Positions 27,626 through 37,759 of a DNA stretch of 64,000 nucleotides are shown here, piece after piece. This stretch comes from a virus. The notes below the pieces were generated by a model, which made no database searches, was not told the origin of the DNA, and saw only the letters and a program-made list of their open reading frames with translations. Positions within the stretch are counted from its first letter, which is position 1. Each line of letters begins with the position of its first letter. The translations under genes were made by a program, and so were the position numbers. Location: positions 32,001 to 96,000 of the IMG/VR virus record IMGVR_UViG_3300021185_002167; one strand, written 5' to 3'.

Positions 27626-27905
27626 AGAATTTAAAAAAGATATCAGTGAAGCTTATAAGTTTGATAAAAACGACTTTAGGTATTGGAGATCAGGTGGTAT
27701 GGAACTTAAGCTAAGAAATGGCGCATACGGATCTGACGTTGAACAGGCATTTAAAAAGGCTGGATATGATGTGTATGGTAGAGATGTAGATATTAATAGA
27801 GATTCTATTAAGTTTAACTCATACAGTAAACATTGGGGAACAGACGATAAAAAAATACGTAAAGTAGTATTAAAAGTTCTTGGTGTAGATATAGAAAGAT
27901 TATAA
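27612..27905 (+). CDS. Putative internal head protein
   Basis: MKTFKEFKKDISE start (ATG 27612), resembling the T4 IPI N-terminus. Confidence 0.6.
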   Translation: MKTFKEFKKDISEAYKFDKNDFRYWRSGGMELKLRNGAYGSDVEQAFKKAGYDVYGRDVDINRDSIKFNSYSKHWGTDDKKIRKVVLKVLGVDIERL

Positions 27906-27906
27906 T

Positions 27907-28149
27907 ATGAAAAATTTTATTATTAGCACGTGGGAAAAGATTCAATGGTTCTTAAGACTATTTCAAAAGAGGTATACTATATACGTATCATTTGATAGCC
28001 AATGGGGAAATGAAGACGATCAAGTATACATGCACGTAAGAAAAGTAATCAAAGCAAATTTCAAAGAATTAAAGTTTAGAACTGATGACAAAAGAGTTAT
28101 ACATATTAGAGGTATGCAAGGACTCAGATATAAGATAGAGGATGAATAG
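27907..28149 (+). CDS. Hypothetical protein
   Basis: 80-aa ORF tightly packed in the operon. Confidence 0.6.
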   Translation: MKNFIISTWEKIQWFLRLFQKRYTIYVSFDSQWGNEDDQVYMHVRKVIKANFKELKFRTDDKRVIHIRGMQGLRYKIEDE

Positions 28150-28257
28150 TGATTAAAAAATTCATTAACGATATCAAAGAAGAGCTTAAATCTGCTCACT
28201 GGTTATGGTGGGTAGGATTAATTTGTTTATTGGTACTATTATAATAGAGGACAAATA

Positions 28258-28638
28258 ATGAATCAAATGTTTATTGGTATTATTCTTGTTATGGGATTAG
28301 GTGGTTATTATCTATATAACGAAAACCAAACACTCACTCAGAATAATATAAAATTAGAATCAGCTGTTGAAGAGCAAAAGCAAACAATGGCAATCATGAA
28401 AGAGCAATACGAAAAGCAAGGTAAAGCTCTCATGAATATGACTCGAGTTAATGCTCAAATAGAAGCTGAAAAGGCTGAATATTTAGCAATATTTTCTCGA
28501 CATAATTTAGATAACCTTGCATTAAAGAAACCAGGTCTCATTGAACTTAGATTTAATAAAGCAAGTGAAGGCGTAATGGAGGGACTCGAAGATGATACAG
28601 AAGTATTGTACAATCTCAGCACTAATCCTAGTAATTAG
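28258..28638 (+). CDS. Putative i-spanin (Rz-like)
   Basis: N-terminal TM plus coiled coil; overlaps a lipoprotein gene. Confidence 0.7.
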   Translation: MNQMFIGIILVMGLGGYYLYNENQTLTQNNIKLESAVEEQKQTMAIMKEQYEKQGKALMNMTRVNAQIEAEKAEYLAIFSRHNLDNLALKKPGLIELRFNKASEGVMEGLEDDTEVLYNLSTNPSN

Positions 28639-29101
28639 TAGTTGTAGTTTATTACCTACTAAACAAATAGATATAGTATCTAAGCCAGTGCAGATAGATA
28701 TTATGCAACCAGATTTACCACGACCAGTCGAACTTACAGCACCTCAATGGTATGTTGTATCTGAAGCAAGAATAACTAATCCATGTAAAAAGGTAGATGA
28801 TAAAAGACCTAAGGCTTGTGATTTATCTGAAAGAGAAAATCCAGATTGGCCTGAAGGTTATACATATCTTGATAGATTTTTAGATGATATGAAAGATCAG
28901 AATAACGGCGAAATTGTATTTGTTGCCACATCAGTTGGCGATTATAAAGTCATGGCAGAAGACATGCAAGAATTAAAACGATACATTAAACAGTTAGGCG
29001 AAGTAGTAATCTACTATCGAAGTGTTACCATGCCTAATGGTGATAAAGGTGTAGGAGTTGGTATCAAAACTCCTGAATCAGTATCAGAAATTCGCGGCTA
29101 A
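28592..29101 (+). CDS. Putative o-spanin lipoprotein (Rz1-like)
   Basis: Lipobox ISSC after a hydrophobic stretch; Pro-rich; ELKRYIKQL. Confidence 0.7.
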   Translation: MIQKYCTISALILVISSCSLLPTKQIDIVSKPVQIDIMQPDLPRPVELTAPQWYVVSEARITNPCKKVDDKRPKACDLSERENPDWPEGYTYLDRFLDDMKDQNNGEIVFVATSVGDYKVMAEDMQELKRYIKQLGEVVIYYRSVTMPNGDKGVGVGIKTPESVSEIRG

Positions 29102-29118
29102 AAAACTTAAAATAAACG

Positions 29119-29147
29119 TTTACAAATGCCGCGTTTTGTGGTATAAT
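29119..29147 (+). promoter_or_regulatory. sigma70-like promoter for the nrd operon
   Basis: TTTACA-17-TATAAT with TG. Confidence 0.85.
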
Positions 29148-29157
29148 ATATAATATA

Positions 29158-31467
29158 ATGAATAAAGAAAACACTACAATTAACGTCACTAAAAGGGATG
29201 GTACAAATCAACCTTTTAATTTAGACAAAGTCCACAAAGTCCTTGAATGGGCGGTTGAAGATATCTCAGGCGTATCAATGTCTGAAATAGAACTCAAAGC
29301 GAATATACAACTATATGATAAGATAGAAGCTTATGATATACATGAGTTGTTAATCAAATCAGCTGCTGAGCTTATATCTGAACATACTCCAAACTATCAG
29401 TTTGTTGCAGCTCGTCTTATATCTTATAAGATGAGAAAAGAAGCTTATGGTAAATACACACCACCTGAGTTAAATACTATTATAGAAAGAAATATAGAAC
29501 TAGGTGTATATGACAGTGAAGTCACTCAAATGTATACTCAAGAAGAAATATCAGAACTCAGTGATTATATCAAACATGATAGAGACGATACATTTACATA
29601 TGCAGGTATGGAACAATTCAGAGGTAAGTATCTGGTTCAAGATAGAAGAACTAAAAAACTATTTGAAACTCCACAAGTATTGTATATGATGATTGCAATG
29701 ACTTTATTTGGTAAATACAAAGATAACAGATTAAAATACGTAAAGGACTATTATGATGCAACATCTCTCTTCTATATATCACTCCCTACGCCAATCATGG
29801 CAGGAGTTAGAACACCGACTCGACAATTCAGTTCTTGTGTTCTTATTGAATCAGGAGATTCCCTTGATTCTATTAATGCTACTGCTTCATCTATTGTTAA
29901 ATATATAAGTAAAAAAGCAGGTATAGGAATAGGAGCTGGTTCTATCAGAGCAAATGGCGCTAAGGTAGGAGATGGTTCAGTAGTTCATACAGGACTTATA
30001 CCATTTCTAAAATACTTTCAGTCAGCTGTTAAATCATGTTCACAAGGTGGAGTAAGAGGTGGAGCAGCTACTGTATATCTACCTTTATGGCATTATGAAT
30101 TTGAAGACTTAATCGTACTTAAAAACAATAAAGGTACTGATGAAACAAGAGTTCGTCACATGGATTATGCATTTCAATTTAACAAACTTATGTATGAAAG
30201 ACTTTTATCTGGCGGGAACATAACATTTTTCGATCCAAATGATGTACCTGGTTTATATGATGCATTTTTTGTAGATCAAGACAAATTTCAAGAGTTATAC
30301 GAAAAATACGAGAGAGCTCACAGTATAAGGAAAAAAACATTACCAGCTTTAGAAGTATTTCAATCATTCTTAACAGAAAGAAAAGATACTGGTAGGATAT
30401 ATCTTATGAATGTAGACCATGCTAACGATCATGGTTCATTTATACCAGAGAAAGCTCCTATCAAAATGAGTAACCTATGTTGCGAAATTGATTTACCTAC
30501 AACACCATTAGAAAGTAATGATGATACAGATGGAGAAATATCTCTTTGTACTTTATCAGCAATTAACTGGGGACTTATAAATGAAACACATGAATTTGAA
30601 AAATATTGCGACCTTACAGTACGTGCTCTTAATGAGTTATTGGACTACCAAGGCTATCCAATCGAAGCAGCAAAACAAGGGACTCTTAATAGAAGACCTT
30701 TGGGCGTTGGAATTATCAATCTTGCCTATTTTCTAGCTAAAAGAGGACTTAAATATGACGAATCAGCATACGAAGTTGTTGATGAATATGCTGAAGCTTG
30801 GTCATATTATTTGTTAAAAAGTTCAGCAAACCTTGCAGCTGAAAGAGGAAAATTGATATATAATACAGATACGAAATATTCTAAAGGAATACTTCCTATC
30901 GATACTTATAAGAGAGCGATAGATAATCTTATAGTGCATAGAGAGCGTTTACCGTGGGAAGAGTTAAGAGAACAACTCAGAGAAACTGGTATTAGAAACT
31001 CTACGCTAATGGCCTTGATGCCCGCTGAAACAAGCGCTCAGATAAGTAATAGTACGAATGGTATTGAACCACCAAGAGCATTGGTATCGTACAAACAAAG
31101 TAAAGATGGAGTGATGGCTCAGGTTGTGCCTGGATATCATCATCTTAAAAATAAATATGATTTACTCTGGGATCAAAAGTCTCCGGAGGGATATCTTGCA
31201 ATATGTGGTATATTACAAAAATATATTGACCAAGGAATCTCTGTAAATACATCTTATAATCCTGAACACTTTGAGGATAATAAGGTACCTATGTCAGTAA
31301 TGATAAAGGATTTAGTAACATCATATAAGTATGGATTAAAGCAATTATATTACTTCAACACATTTGATGGAGCTGGAGAAATGACTGATGGAGAAACTCA
31401 TCATGCCTACGACGGCAAGAGCGAAACATTTGTTGATGATGAGGATTGCGATTCATGCAAGATTTAA
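29158..31467 (+). CDS. nrdA: Ribonucleotide reductase class Ia alpha subunit
   Basis: ATP cone (VTKRDG), FSSCVLI, SNLCCEI, LMPAETS and C-terminal CDSCKI. Confidence 0.98.
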   Translation: MNKENTTINVTKRDGTNQPFNLDKVHKVLEWAVEDISGVSMSEIELKANIQLYDKIEAYDIHELLIKSAAELISEHTPNYQFVAARLISYKMRKEAYGKYTPPELNTIIERNIELGVYDSEVTQMYTQEEISELSDYIKHDRDDTFTYAGMEQFRGKYLVQDRRTKKLFETPQVLYMMIAMTLFGKYKDNRLKYVKDYYDATSLFYISLPTPIMAGVRTPTRQFSSCVLIESGDSLDSINATASSIVKYISKKAGIGIGAGSIRANGAKVGDGSVVHTGLIPFLKYFQSAVKSCSQGGVRGGAATVYLPLWHYEFEDLIVLKNNKGTDETRVRHMDYAFQFNKLMYERLLSGGNITFFDPNDVPGLYDAFFVDQDKFQELYEKYERAHSIRKKTLPALEVFQSFLTERKDTGRIYLMNVDHANDHGSFIPEKAPIKMSNLCCEIDLPTTPLESNDDTDGEISLCTLSAINWGLINETHEFEKYCDLTVRALNELLDYQGYPIEAAKQGTLNRRPLGVGIINLAYFLAKRGLKYDESAYEVVDEYAEAWSYYLLKSSANLAAERGKLIYNTDTKYSKGILPIDTYKRAIDNLIVHRERLPWEELREQLRETGIRNSTLMALMPAETSAQISNSTNGIEPPRALVSYKQSKDGVMAQVVPGYHHLKNKYDLLWDQKSPEGYLAICGILQKYIDQGISVNTSYNPEHFEDNKVPMSVMIKDLVTSYKYGLKQLYYFNTFDGAGEMTDGETHHAYDGKSETFVDDEDCDSCKI

Positions 31468-31688
31468 AGAAAAAAATAAACGACAGAATGGATATCCTAC
31501 AAGATTGGATGGAGCAGGATTACCATCTTAAAAGACCTGACGTTGTTTATGAACATACATTAACAGTAAGTAAATTCTGGCCTGTATTATCTGAAGAGGA
31601 TAGAGATTATATACAAGGCGTACAATTTGCAATTGATACAAAATCGAACATATCTTGGAGACCGAATGCCGATACTACAGAAAAATAA
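31446..31688 (+). CDS. Hypothetical protein between nrdA and nrdB
   Basis: 80-aa ORF; SKFWPVLSEEDRDYI. Confidence 0.6.
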   Translation: MRFMQDLKKKINDRMDILQDWMEQDYHLKRPDVVYEHTLTVSKFWPVLSEEDRDYIQGVQFAIDTKSNISWRPNADTTEK

Positions 31689-32739
31689 AAAATCACATCT
31701 AGAACGTAACATGTTTTTTGATAATGGTGTTGACATCGCAAGATACGATCAAGTCAAATATCCACAATTAGAAAAAATAACAGACAAACAACTTGGTTTC
31801 TTTTGGAGACCAGAAGAAGTAGATGTATCAAAAGATAAGAAAGACTTTTATGAGCTTTCAGAGCATGAGCAACATATCTTTACATCTAATCTTAAAAGAC
31901 AGATTGTTTTAGATAGTGTACAAGGACGAGCTCCTAATATGGCATTTCTTCCTATATGTTCTTTACCAGAAGTAGAGAACTGGGTAGAGACATGGTCATT
32001 CTTCGAAACAATTCACAGTAGAAGTTATACACATATTATAAGAAATATATATCCTAATCCATCAGATGTATTTGACCACATGTTAGATATTAAAGAGATA
32101 ACAACTTGTGGAAAGGATATATCAAAATACTATGATGAGTTAATAGCTGATAATAATTACGCCACAAATAAAATGGACCATAAGAGGTCATTATATATGT
32201 GCATGCTTTCAGCTAATGCCCTTGAAGGAATCAGATTTTATGTATCCTTCGCCTGCAGTTGGGCATTCGCTGAATTAAAGAAGATGGAAGGTAACGCAAA
32301 AATTATTAAGTTTATCGCAAGAGATGAAAATACACATCTTGCTGGTACAACTGTTATGATAAGAAACCTTATTAAAGAAGACAAAGATATTGCAAAAATC
32401 GCTAAGAAATATGAAGATGATGCAGTCAAACTTTTTGTAGATGTTATTGAACAAGAAAAAGAATGGGCAAGATACTTATTCAAAGATGGTTCAATGATTG
32501 GTTTAAATGAAACCATATTAGAAAATTATGTAGAATGGATAGGATGTAAACGAATGAGAGCATTAGGTCTACCTTGTCCATATACAGTTCCACAAATGAA
32601 TCCATTACCTTGGACAGAGAAATGGATATCAGGTGGTAGCGTGCAGGTAGCTCCTCAAGAGACAGAGATAAGTTCTTATGTCGTAGGTGGAGTAAAACAA
32701 GATGTAGATAATAACACATTAGTAGGATTAAGTTTATGA
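31666..32739 (+). CDS. nrdB: Ribonucleotide reductase class Ia beta subunit
   Basis: FFWRPEE, ETIHSRSY, LEGIRFYVSF, RDENTH and APQETEISSY. Start taken at ATG 31666. Confidence 0.97.
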   Translation: MPILQKNKKSHLERNMFFDNGVDIARYDQVKYPQLEKITDKQLGFFWRPEEVDVSKDKKDFYELSEHEQHIFTSNLKRQIVLDSVQGRAPNMAFLPICSLPEVENWVETWSFFETIHSRSYTHIIRNIYPNPSDVFDHMLDIKEITTCGKDISKYYDELIADNNYATNKMDHKRSLYMCMLSANALEGIRFYVSFACSWAFAELKKMEGNAKIIKFIARDENTHLAGTTVMIRNLIKEDKDIAKIAKKYEDDAVKLFVDVIEQEKEWARYLFKDGSMIGLNETILENYVEWIGCKRMRALGLPCPYTVPQMNPLPWTEKWISGGSVQVAPQETEISSYVVGGVKQDVDNNTLVGLSL

Positions 32740-33179
32740 GAGAATTAGGAAAGGTTTTATTAGGTTGCTCAGCAATCGTAATATTTTTTATGATAATGAT
32801 TATGCCAAACATGGCGTATAGTGGATATAGTAGTAGCAGTTCGTGTATACATGAATGTTATGAAGAGTATGTAGCATTAAATGGTACACCATCTGAAATA
32901 GAACAGAAAAAGAAAGCATTAGCAGCTGAAGATGAATTTAGTTCTATTAAAGGATTATGGGCTGGATGCGCAGCATGTCACGGAGCAGAAGGACAAGGTA
33001 ATGGACCTTTCCCTAAACTTGCAGGACAGAGTTCAGATTATATCGTAAGTAGATTATATGCATATCAAAATAGAGAACAAGTTGGTCCTATGAGTTCAAC
33101 AATGTGGGCTCAAGCTGGTATGTTATCTGATAGCGATATAGATACAATAGGTAAATTTATTGAGGAGACAATGAAATGA
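32736..33179 (+). CDS. Membrane-anchored monoheme cytochrome c (c553/c4-like)
   Basis: N-terminal TM, CAACH heme motif, PKLAGQ, distal Met and LSDSDI. Confidence 0.88.
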   Translation: MRELGKVLLGCSAIVIFFMIMIMPNMAYSGYSSSSSCIHECYEEYVALNGTPSEIEQKKKALAAEDEFSSIKGLWAGCAACHGAEGQGNGPFPKLAGQSSDYIVSRLYAYQNREQVGPMSSTMWAQAGMLSDSDIDTIGKFIEETMK

Positions 33180-33403
33180 TACAGATATACGGAAAAGAAC
33201 AATGTCCATATTGCGATATGGCAAAAGCTTTATGTGAACAGAAAGGAATGGATTACGAATATAAACAATACGGAATTGATTTTGATAGAAGTTACATGAC
33301 TGAGATATTTCCAGGCGCAAGAACGTTTCCTCAAATCATTGTTGATGGTAGTAAGATTGGTGGATATACAGAACTTAAAGAACTTACGGACTTAGAGCTA
33401 TGA
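33176..33403 (+). CDS. nrdC: Glutaredoxin
   Basis: CPYC, TFPQI and IGGY. Confidence 0.93.
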   Translation: MIQIYGKEQCPYCDMAKALCEQKGMDYEYKQYGIDFDRSYMTEIFPGARTFPQIIVDGSKIGGYTELKELTDLEL

Positions 33404-33528
33404 TTCTAGAATGCGAGCACTGCTATTCACGTATCGTAATTAAACCTGATGAACCAATCAAAATAAATTTTTGCCCTCATTGCGGCGAAGCTACTGAAGA
33501 TTCAGACGAACTGGACTTTAATGAATAA
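33400..33528 (+). CDS. 42-aa zinc-ribbon protein (not in ORF track)
   Basis: CEHC...FCPHCGE; ATGA overlap. Confidence 0.7.
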   Translation: MILECEHCYSRIVIKPDEPIKINFCPHCGEATEDSDELDFNE

Positions 33529-33946
33529 TTGGTTATACCAAGGTAGAACATTCGAACCACCAGAAGAATTTACACCTGATGTATGGTATGGATTTGTCTA
33601 CTGTATAACTAACAGAGCAAAAAATAAAAAGTATGTTGGAAAGAAATTCTTCTGGAAAGCAAAGACTTTACCTATTACAAAGAAAAGAAAAAGACGTCAA
33701 AGACTTAAAGTAGAGTCAGATTGGCGCACATATTACGGTTCAAATAAACACTTACAACAAGATGTAATCGATATGGGAGAAGACTTTTTCCATAGAGAGA
33801 TTATACACTTATGTAAAACAAAAGGCGAATGCGCTTATATGGAAACAAAAGAGCAATTCGAAAGAGAAGTTTTATTAACAGAAGACTATTACAATGGTAT
33901 TATCAATTGTAGAATAGGTGGAAACGCTGTAAAAAACTTAAAATAA
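33521..33946 (+). CDS. GIY-YIG-like endonuclease
   Basis: GFVYCITN...KYVGKK, YYGS, E..EQ and YYN. Confidence 0.7.
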   Translation: MNNWLYQGRTFEPPEEFTPDVWYGFVYCITNRAKNKKYVGKKFFWKAKTLPITKKRKRRQRLKVESDWRTYYGSNKHLQQDVIDMGEDFFHREIIHLCKTKGECAYMETKEQFEREVLLTEDYYNGIINCRIGGNAVKNLK

Positions 33947-33949
33947 ACG

Positions 33950-33978
33950 TTTACATTTACTCAAAAGTATGGTATAAT
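33950..33978 (+). promoter_or_regulatory. sigma70-like promoter
   Basis: TTTACA-17-TATAAT with TG. Confidence 0.85.
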
Positions 33979-33987
33979 AGATATATA

Positions 33988-34410
33988 ATGGCAAAAATAC
34001 TTAAATTTCCTACACCACAGGAATTACAACAAAAGCAAGACGAAAAAACGCTTGATCAAGCAAGTGAAACATGTGTCGATAGTGCGCATTTTCTCTTTGA
34101 AGTATTAGAAGAATTTATAAATGCTGGCGAAGTATCAGAAGACTTTATGGATATGGATTTCAGAGATGAAACTAATCAAGAGTCAAGAGATATGTATGTC
34201 ATAGTTAATATGATAAATGGTATGTTAAATCGTTATTATGGAATTCCACATGGATTACATCAAACGATGGACAGTGCTTATGTCAAGATAAAAGAAATGA
34301 TTCTTATAAACGAACAAGCAAACCACGAACTTGCTGAATATACATTTGAGCCAGATAATAGTGATATTGAAATTGAATTTACACCAGAGGACCCAGATGA
34401 TATTGATTGA
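33988..34410 (+). CDS. Acidic hypothetical protein
   Basis: MAKILKFP start; 140 aa. Confidence 0.65.
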   Translation: MAKILKFPTPQELQQKQDEKTLDQASETCVDSAHFLFEVLEEFINAGEVSEDFMDMDFRDETNQESRDMYVIVNMINGMLNRYYGIPHGLHQTMDSAYVKIKEMILINEQANHELAEYTFEPDNSDIEIEFTPEDPDDID

Positions 34411-35251
34411 TTACAGCCAAATAGCGCTGTCTAATATAATAGTTCAAAAACTAAATGATGAACAAATGATAAGACATATGATACTTAATAGTATACGTAT
34501 GTATAATAAGCGTTACAGAGACGAATATGGCCAATTGGTTATATGCGCTGACGGTATGAACACTTGGAGAAAAGAGTTCTTTCCTGAATATAAAGCGTCT
34601 CGTAAAAAAGGTAGAGAAGAATCTAAGCAAGATTGGAATGAAATCTTTAGAATATTACAAACTGTAAGAGATGAAATAAGAGATTATCTACCATATAAAG
34701 TTATACATTTAGAAGGTGTAGAAGCTGATGATGTCATAGGTACATTAACAATGGAAACTCAAGAGTTTGGTCAAGCAGAACCTGTTATGATTATATCATC
34801 TGATAAAGACTTTATACAACTACAAAAGTATAAGAACGTAAAACAGTTTAGTCCTATACAAAAGAAATTCGTAAAAGATGCTAATCCAAGAACATATTTG
34901 TTTAATCATATTATGAGAGGCGATAGTGGAGATGGTATACCAAACGTATTATCTGATGACGATACTTTTATAACTGAAAAAAATCAAACACCTTTAAGAC
35001 AAACAAGGATAGATGCTTGGCTAGAAAACTCTGATAATCTAAGAGAATCAATGGATGATGATACATATCGTAATTATCAACGTAATAAAAAACTTATTGA
35101 TTTAACTGATATACCAGAAACTATACAAGAAACTATTATAAATAATTTTAATGGTCAAACAAAAACACCAAATATGAAAGTATTGAACTATTTAATAAAG
35201 AAAAGATGTAATCATTTGATTGAAGTCGTGGAGGAATTTTACAATGGCTAG
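34397..35251 (+). CDS. rnh: T4 RNase H (5'-3' exonuclease)
   Basis: ILIDYSQ, WRKEFFPEYKASR, EADDVIG, SSDKDF and GDSGDGIPN. Start taken at ATG 34397. Confidence 0.95.
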   Translation: MILIDYSQIALSNIIVQKLNDEQMIRHMILNSIRMYNKRYRDEYGQLVICADGMNTWRKEFFPEYKASRKKGREESKQDWNEIFRILQTVRDEIRDYLPYKVIHLEGVEADDVIGTLTMETQEFGQAEPVMIISSDKDFIQLQKYKNVKQFSPIQKKFVKDANPRTYLFNHIMRGDSGDGIPNVLSDDDTFITEKNQTPLRQTRIDAWLENSDNLRESMDDDTYRNYQRNKKLIDLTDIPETIQETIINNFNGQTKTPNMKVLNYLIKKRCNHLIEVVEEFYNG

Positions 35252-35672
35252 AAAATTAATATCAGAAGTCCTGGTTGAAGCAGGCAAAATCGTAAAACGT
35301 GATGAAAGAATCAAGTTTTTACAACTCAATAAATCACCAGGTCTTACAGACATACTTAGAATAAACTATGATGATACTATAGTATCTGCACTTCCAGCTG
35401 GAGCTCCAAATTATAGTCAAGACGATGCTCCAAAAGGATATGAGTATACTCGCTTAAATAAAGCATATACTCAATTTAAGTATTTCTTTAAAGGACCAGT
35501 AGCAAATGGTATGAAACCACTTAAGAGAGAAGGTCTTTTTCTTAATTTGCTCGAAACTCTTAATCCAGAAGAAGCTGATCTACTCGTTGCAGCAAAAGAC
35601 AAAAGTATGAAATACAAGGGCATCACTAAAAGATTAGTTAACGATGCATTTCCAAATTTGATAGTTAAATAG
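35244..35672 (+). CDS. Conserved T4-like hypothetical protein
   Basis: LPAGAP and KREGLFLNLLETLNPEEA; GGAGG SD before ATG 35244. Confidence 0.75.
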   Translation: MARKLISEVLVEAGKIVKRDERIKFLQLNKSPGLTDILRINYDDTIVSALPAGAPNYSQDDAPKGYEYTRLNKAYTQFKYFFKGPVANGMKPLKREGLFLNLLETLNPEEADLLVAAKDKSMKYKGITKRLVNDAFPNLIVK

Positions 35673-35729
35673 GAGGTTAACACTTTCGTTATGATAGAAT
35701 TTAATTTTAATATCACAAGGAGACTACCT

Positions 35730-35879
35730 ATGTTTTTACAAATTGAAAGGCTAAAGAAAGATATTTCAGAGGCAATATACTATCAGAAGAGATTATTAAA
35801 AAAGGGCAAGCATAACCTAGCTTATAAAATAGGTAAAAAAATTGACTATATGTCTCATACATTAAATGAAATGAAATAA
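35730..35879 (+). CDS. Small hypothetical protein
   Basis: AAGGAG SD before ATG 35730. Confidence 0.55.
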   Translation: MFLQIERLKKDISEAIYYQKRLLKKGKHNLAYKIGKKIDYMSHTLNEMK

Positions 35880-35892
35880 ACCCAAAAAAACG

Positions 35893-35921
35893 TTTACATT
35901 TGATTGAAAGTATGGTATAAT
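35893..35921 (+). promoter_or_regulatory. sigma70-like promoter, near-leaderless
   Basis: TTTACA-17-TATAAT; 7 nt to ATG 35929. Confidence 0.85.
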
Positions 35922-35928
35922 ATATATT

Positions 35929-36249
35929 ATGATACAGATACTACGCGAAATAACAGACTGGGGTGACCAGCAAATATCAAACGGCGACTACTACGTTAAC
36001 AGCCACGGATACCTTATAGGTTATATGCCTAAAGGTGGCGCTTACAAAGAGTTTAATACTCCTATGAAGCAGTTTTCAAAATCAAGACGCAAATTCAAAC
36101 TTATTGGCGAATGGCCAGAAGAACTACCAGATGGAGCAATCACTGTCAAAGGTAGCAATGGTAATACATATACTATTGTTAATGACAAATGCTCATGTCC
36201 TGGATTTAAGTTCAGAGGTAGTTGCAAACACATGGAGAAAGCAGCATGA
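35929..36249 (+). CDS. SWIM zinc-finger protein
   Basis: GSNGNTYTI..CSCPGFKFRGSCKH. Confidence 0.8.
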   Translation: MIQILREITDWGDQQISNGDYYVNSHGYLIGYMPKGGAYKEFNTPMKQFSKSRRKFKLIGEWPEELPDGAITVKGSNGNTYTIVNDKCSCPGFKFRGSCKHMEKAA

Positions 36250-36821
36250 ATATATTCGTACTCGATAATGACCCAGTGATTGCAGCTCAAGATCAATGTG
36301 ATAAACACGTTGTCAAAATGATTGTTGAATCAGCTCAAATGCTTTCAACAGTTCATCGTATGCTAGATGGTGTAATGGAAAGAAGACCATCTAAATCAGG
36401 AGCAATGCTACAATATTGGAAACTACTTGATGAACGCGAAGATATACTATATAAAGCATGTCATTTCAATCATCCGTCAACAATATGGACTCGTGAAGGC
36501 TGTTGTAATTACACATGGCATTACAATCATTTTATTGCACTTTGCGATGAGTATACATATAGGTATGGTAAAACACATTCAACTGATACTAAACTACGTG
36601 AAGCGCTTAAACATCAGCCTAACAATATTAAAACAGGAAAAACATCATTCAAACTTGCAATGGGTTCAAATCCTGAATGTGTTGTTAATGGACTTGGTGG
36701 AACTGATGCAGTTCAATCATACAGAAACTTTTATCATACAAAACAAGATCGATTCAAAATGGATTGGACAAAAAGACCAATACCAGAATGGTTTACAGTT
36801 AAAAAACTAGGAGCAGTATAA
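36247..36821 (+). CDS. Pyrimidine-dimer DNA glycosylase-like protein (DenV-related)
   Basis: MNIFVLD, DKHVVKMIVESAQMLST, HFNHPSTIW and EYTYRYGKTH. Confidence 0.8.
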
Positions 36822-37067
36822 ATGCCAACATATGAATTTAAAAATACAAAGACAGGCGAAGTATTCGAAAAGTTTATGTCTTATGATAATAAAGTTAAAT
36901 TCTTAGAAGAAAATCCAGACGTTCAATCTCACTATACAACATTAAATATAGACCATGATGGTGGTAAGTCAGTTCTTACAAGAGCTGGTGGCGGTTGGAA
37001 AGAAGTACAAGAAAGAATTAAATCCGGAATGCCACCTAAAGACAGAGGATTAATTAAATCAAAATAA
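36822..37067 (+). CDS. FmdB-like small protein
   Basis: MPTYEFKNTKTGEVFE start. Confidence 0.65.
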   Translation: MPTYEFKNTKTGEVFEKFMSYDNKVKFLEENPDVQSHYTTLNIDHDGGKSVLTRAGGGWKEVQERIKSGMPPKDRGLIKSK

Positions 37068-37759
37068 TGCAACAAAAAAGACCAAGCAAATTAAGACTCG
37101 AGCATATAGCTAAATATAAACCATTGACTCAAAGTCAAGAAAAAGTATATGATTCATGGAATAATAATCAGAATCTTATATTGAGCGGATCAGCTGGTAC
37201 TGGTAAAACATTTTTATCTTTATACTTTGGTATCAGTGCAGCATTAGATAAGAATGAAAAACAAGAGAAAGTAGTAGTTGTAAGAAGCGCTGTTCCTACA
37301 AGAGATATGGGATTCTTACCTGGTACAATAGAAGAAAAAGAAGATGCTTACAAAGCGCCATATACAGCAATAGTTAATGAGTTATTCAGAGATGGAGAAG
37401 CATATAAAAAGATGGAACAGTTTAAGAACATTGAATTCTTAACAACATCTTTTATACGTGGTATTACAATACATAACGCAGTAGTTATTATTGACGAGGC
37501 TCAAAACTGTAACTTTCATGAACTTTGTAGTGTGATAACTCGACTTGGAGATAATTGTAGATTAATTATATCGGGTGATTATTATCAAAGCGATTTCGTT
37601 AAACAGAATGATAAAAGCGGTTTATATAACTTTATAAATATATTAAATAATATGAAGAGCTTTGACCACATAGAATTTGAATGGAAAGATATAGTACGTA
37701 GTGGTTTAGTAAGAGACTTTATAATGACAAAAGAAATGTTAGAGAACAATAAACTATGA
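37067..37759 (+). CDS. phoH: PhoH-family ATPase
   Basis: GSAGTGKT, GFLPG, RGIT, DEAQN, TRLG, GDYYQSD and DIVRSGLV. Confidence 0.95.
   Translation: MQQKRPSKLRLEHIAKYKPLTQSQEKVYDSWNNNQNLILSGSAGTGKTFLSLYFGISAALDKNEKQEKVVVVRSAVPTRDMGFLPGTIEEKEDAYKAPYTAIVNELFRDGEAYKKMEQFKNIEFLTTSFIRGITIHNAVVIIDEAQNCNFHELCSVITRLGDNCRLIISGDYYQSDFVKQNDKSGLYNFINILNNMKSFDHIEFEWKDIVRSGLVRDFIMTKEMLENNKL

Noticed and set aside
33521-33946. Mobile homing endonuclease
   Set aside because: Only 141 aa with no separate DNA-binding domain; more likely a resident nuclease.
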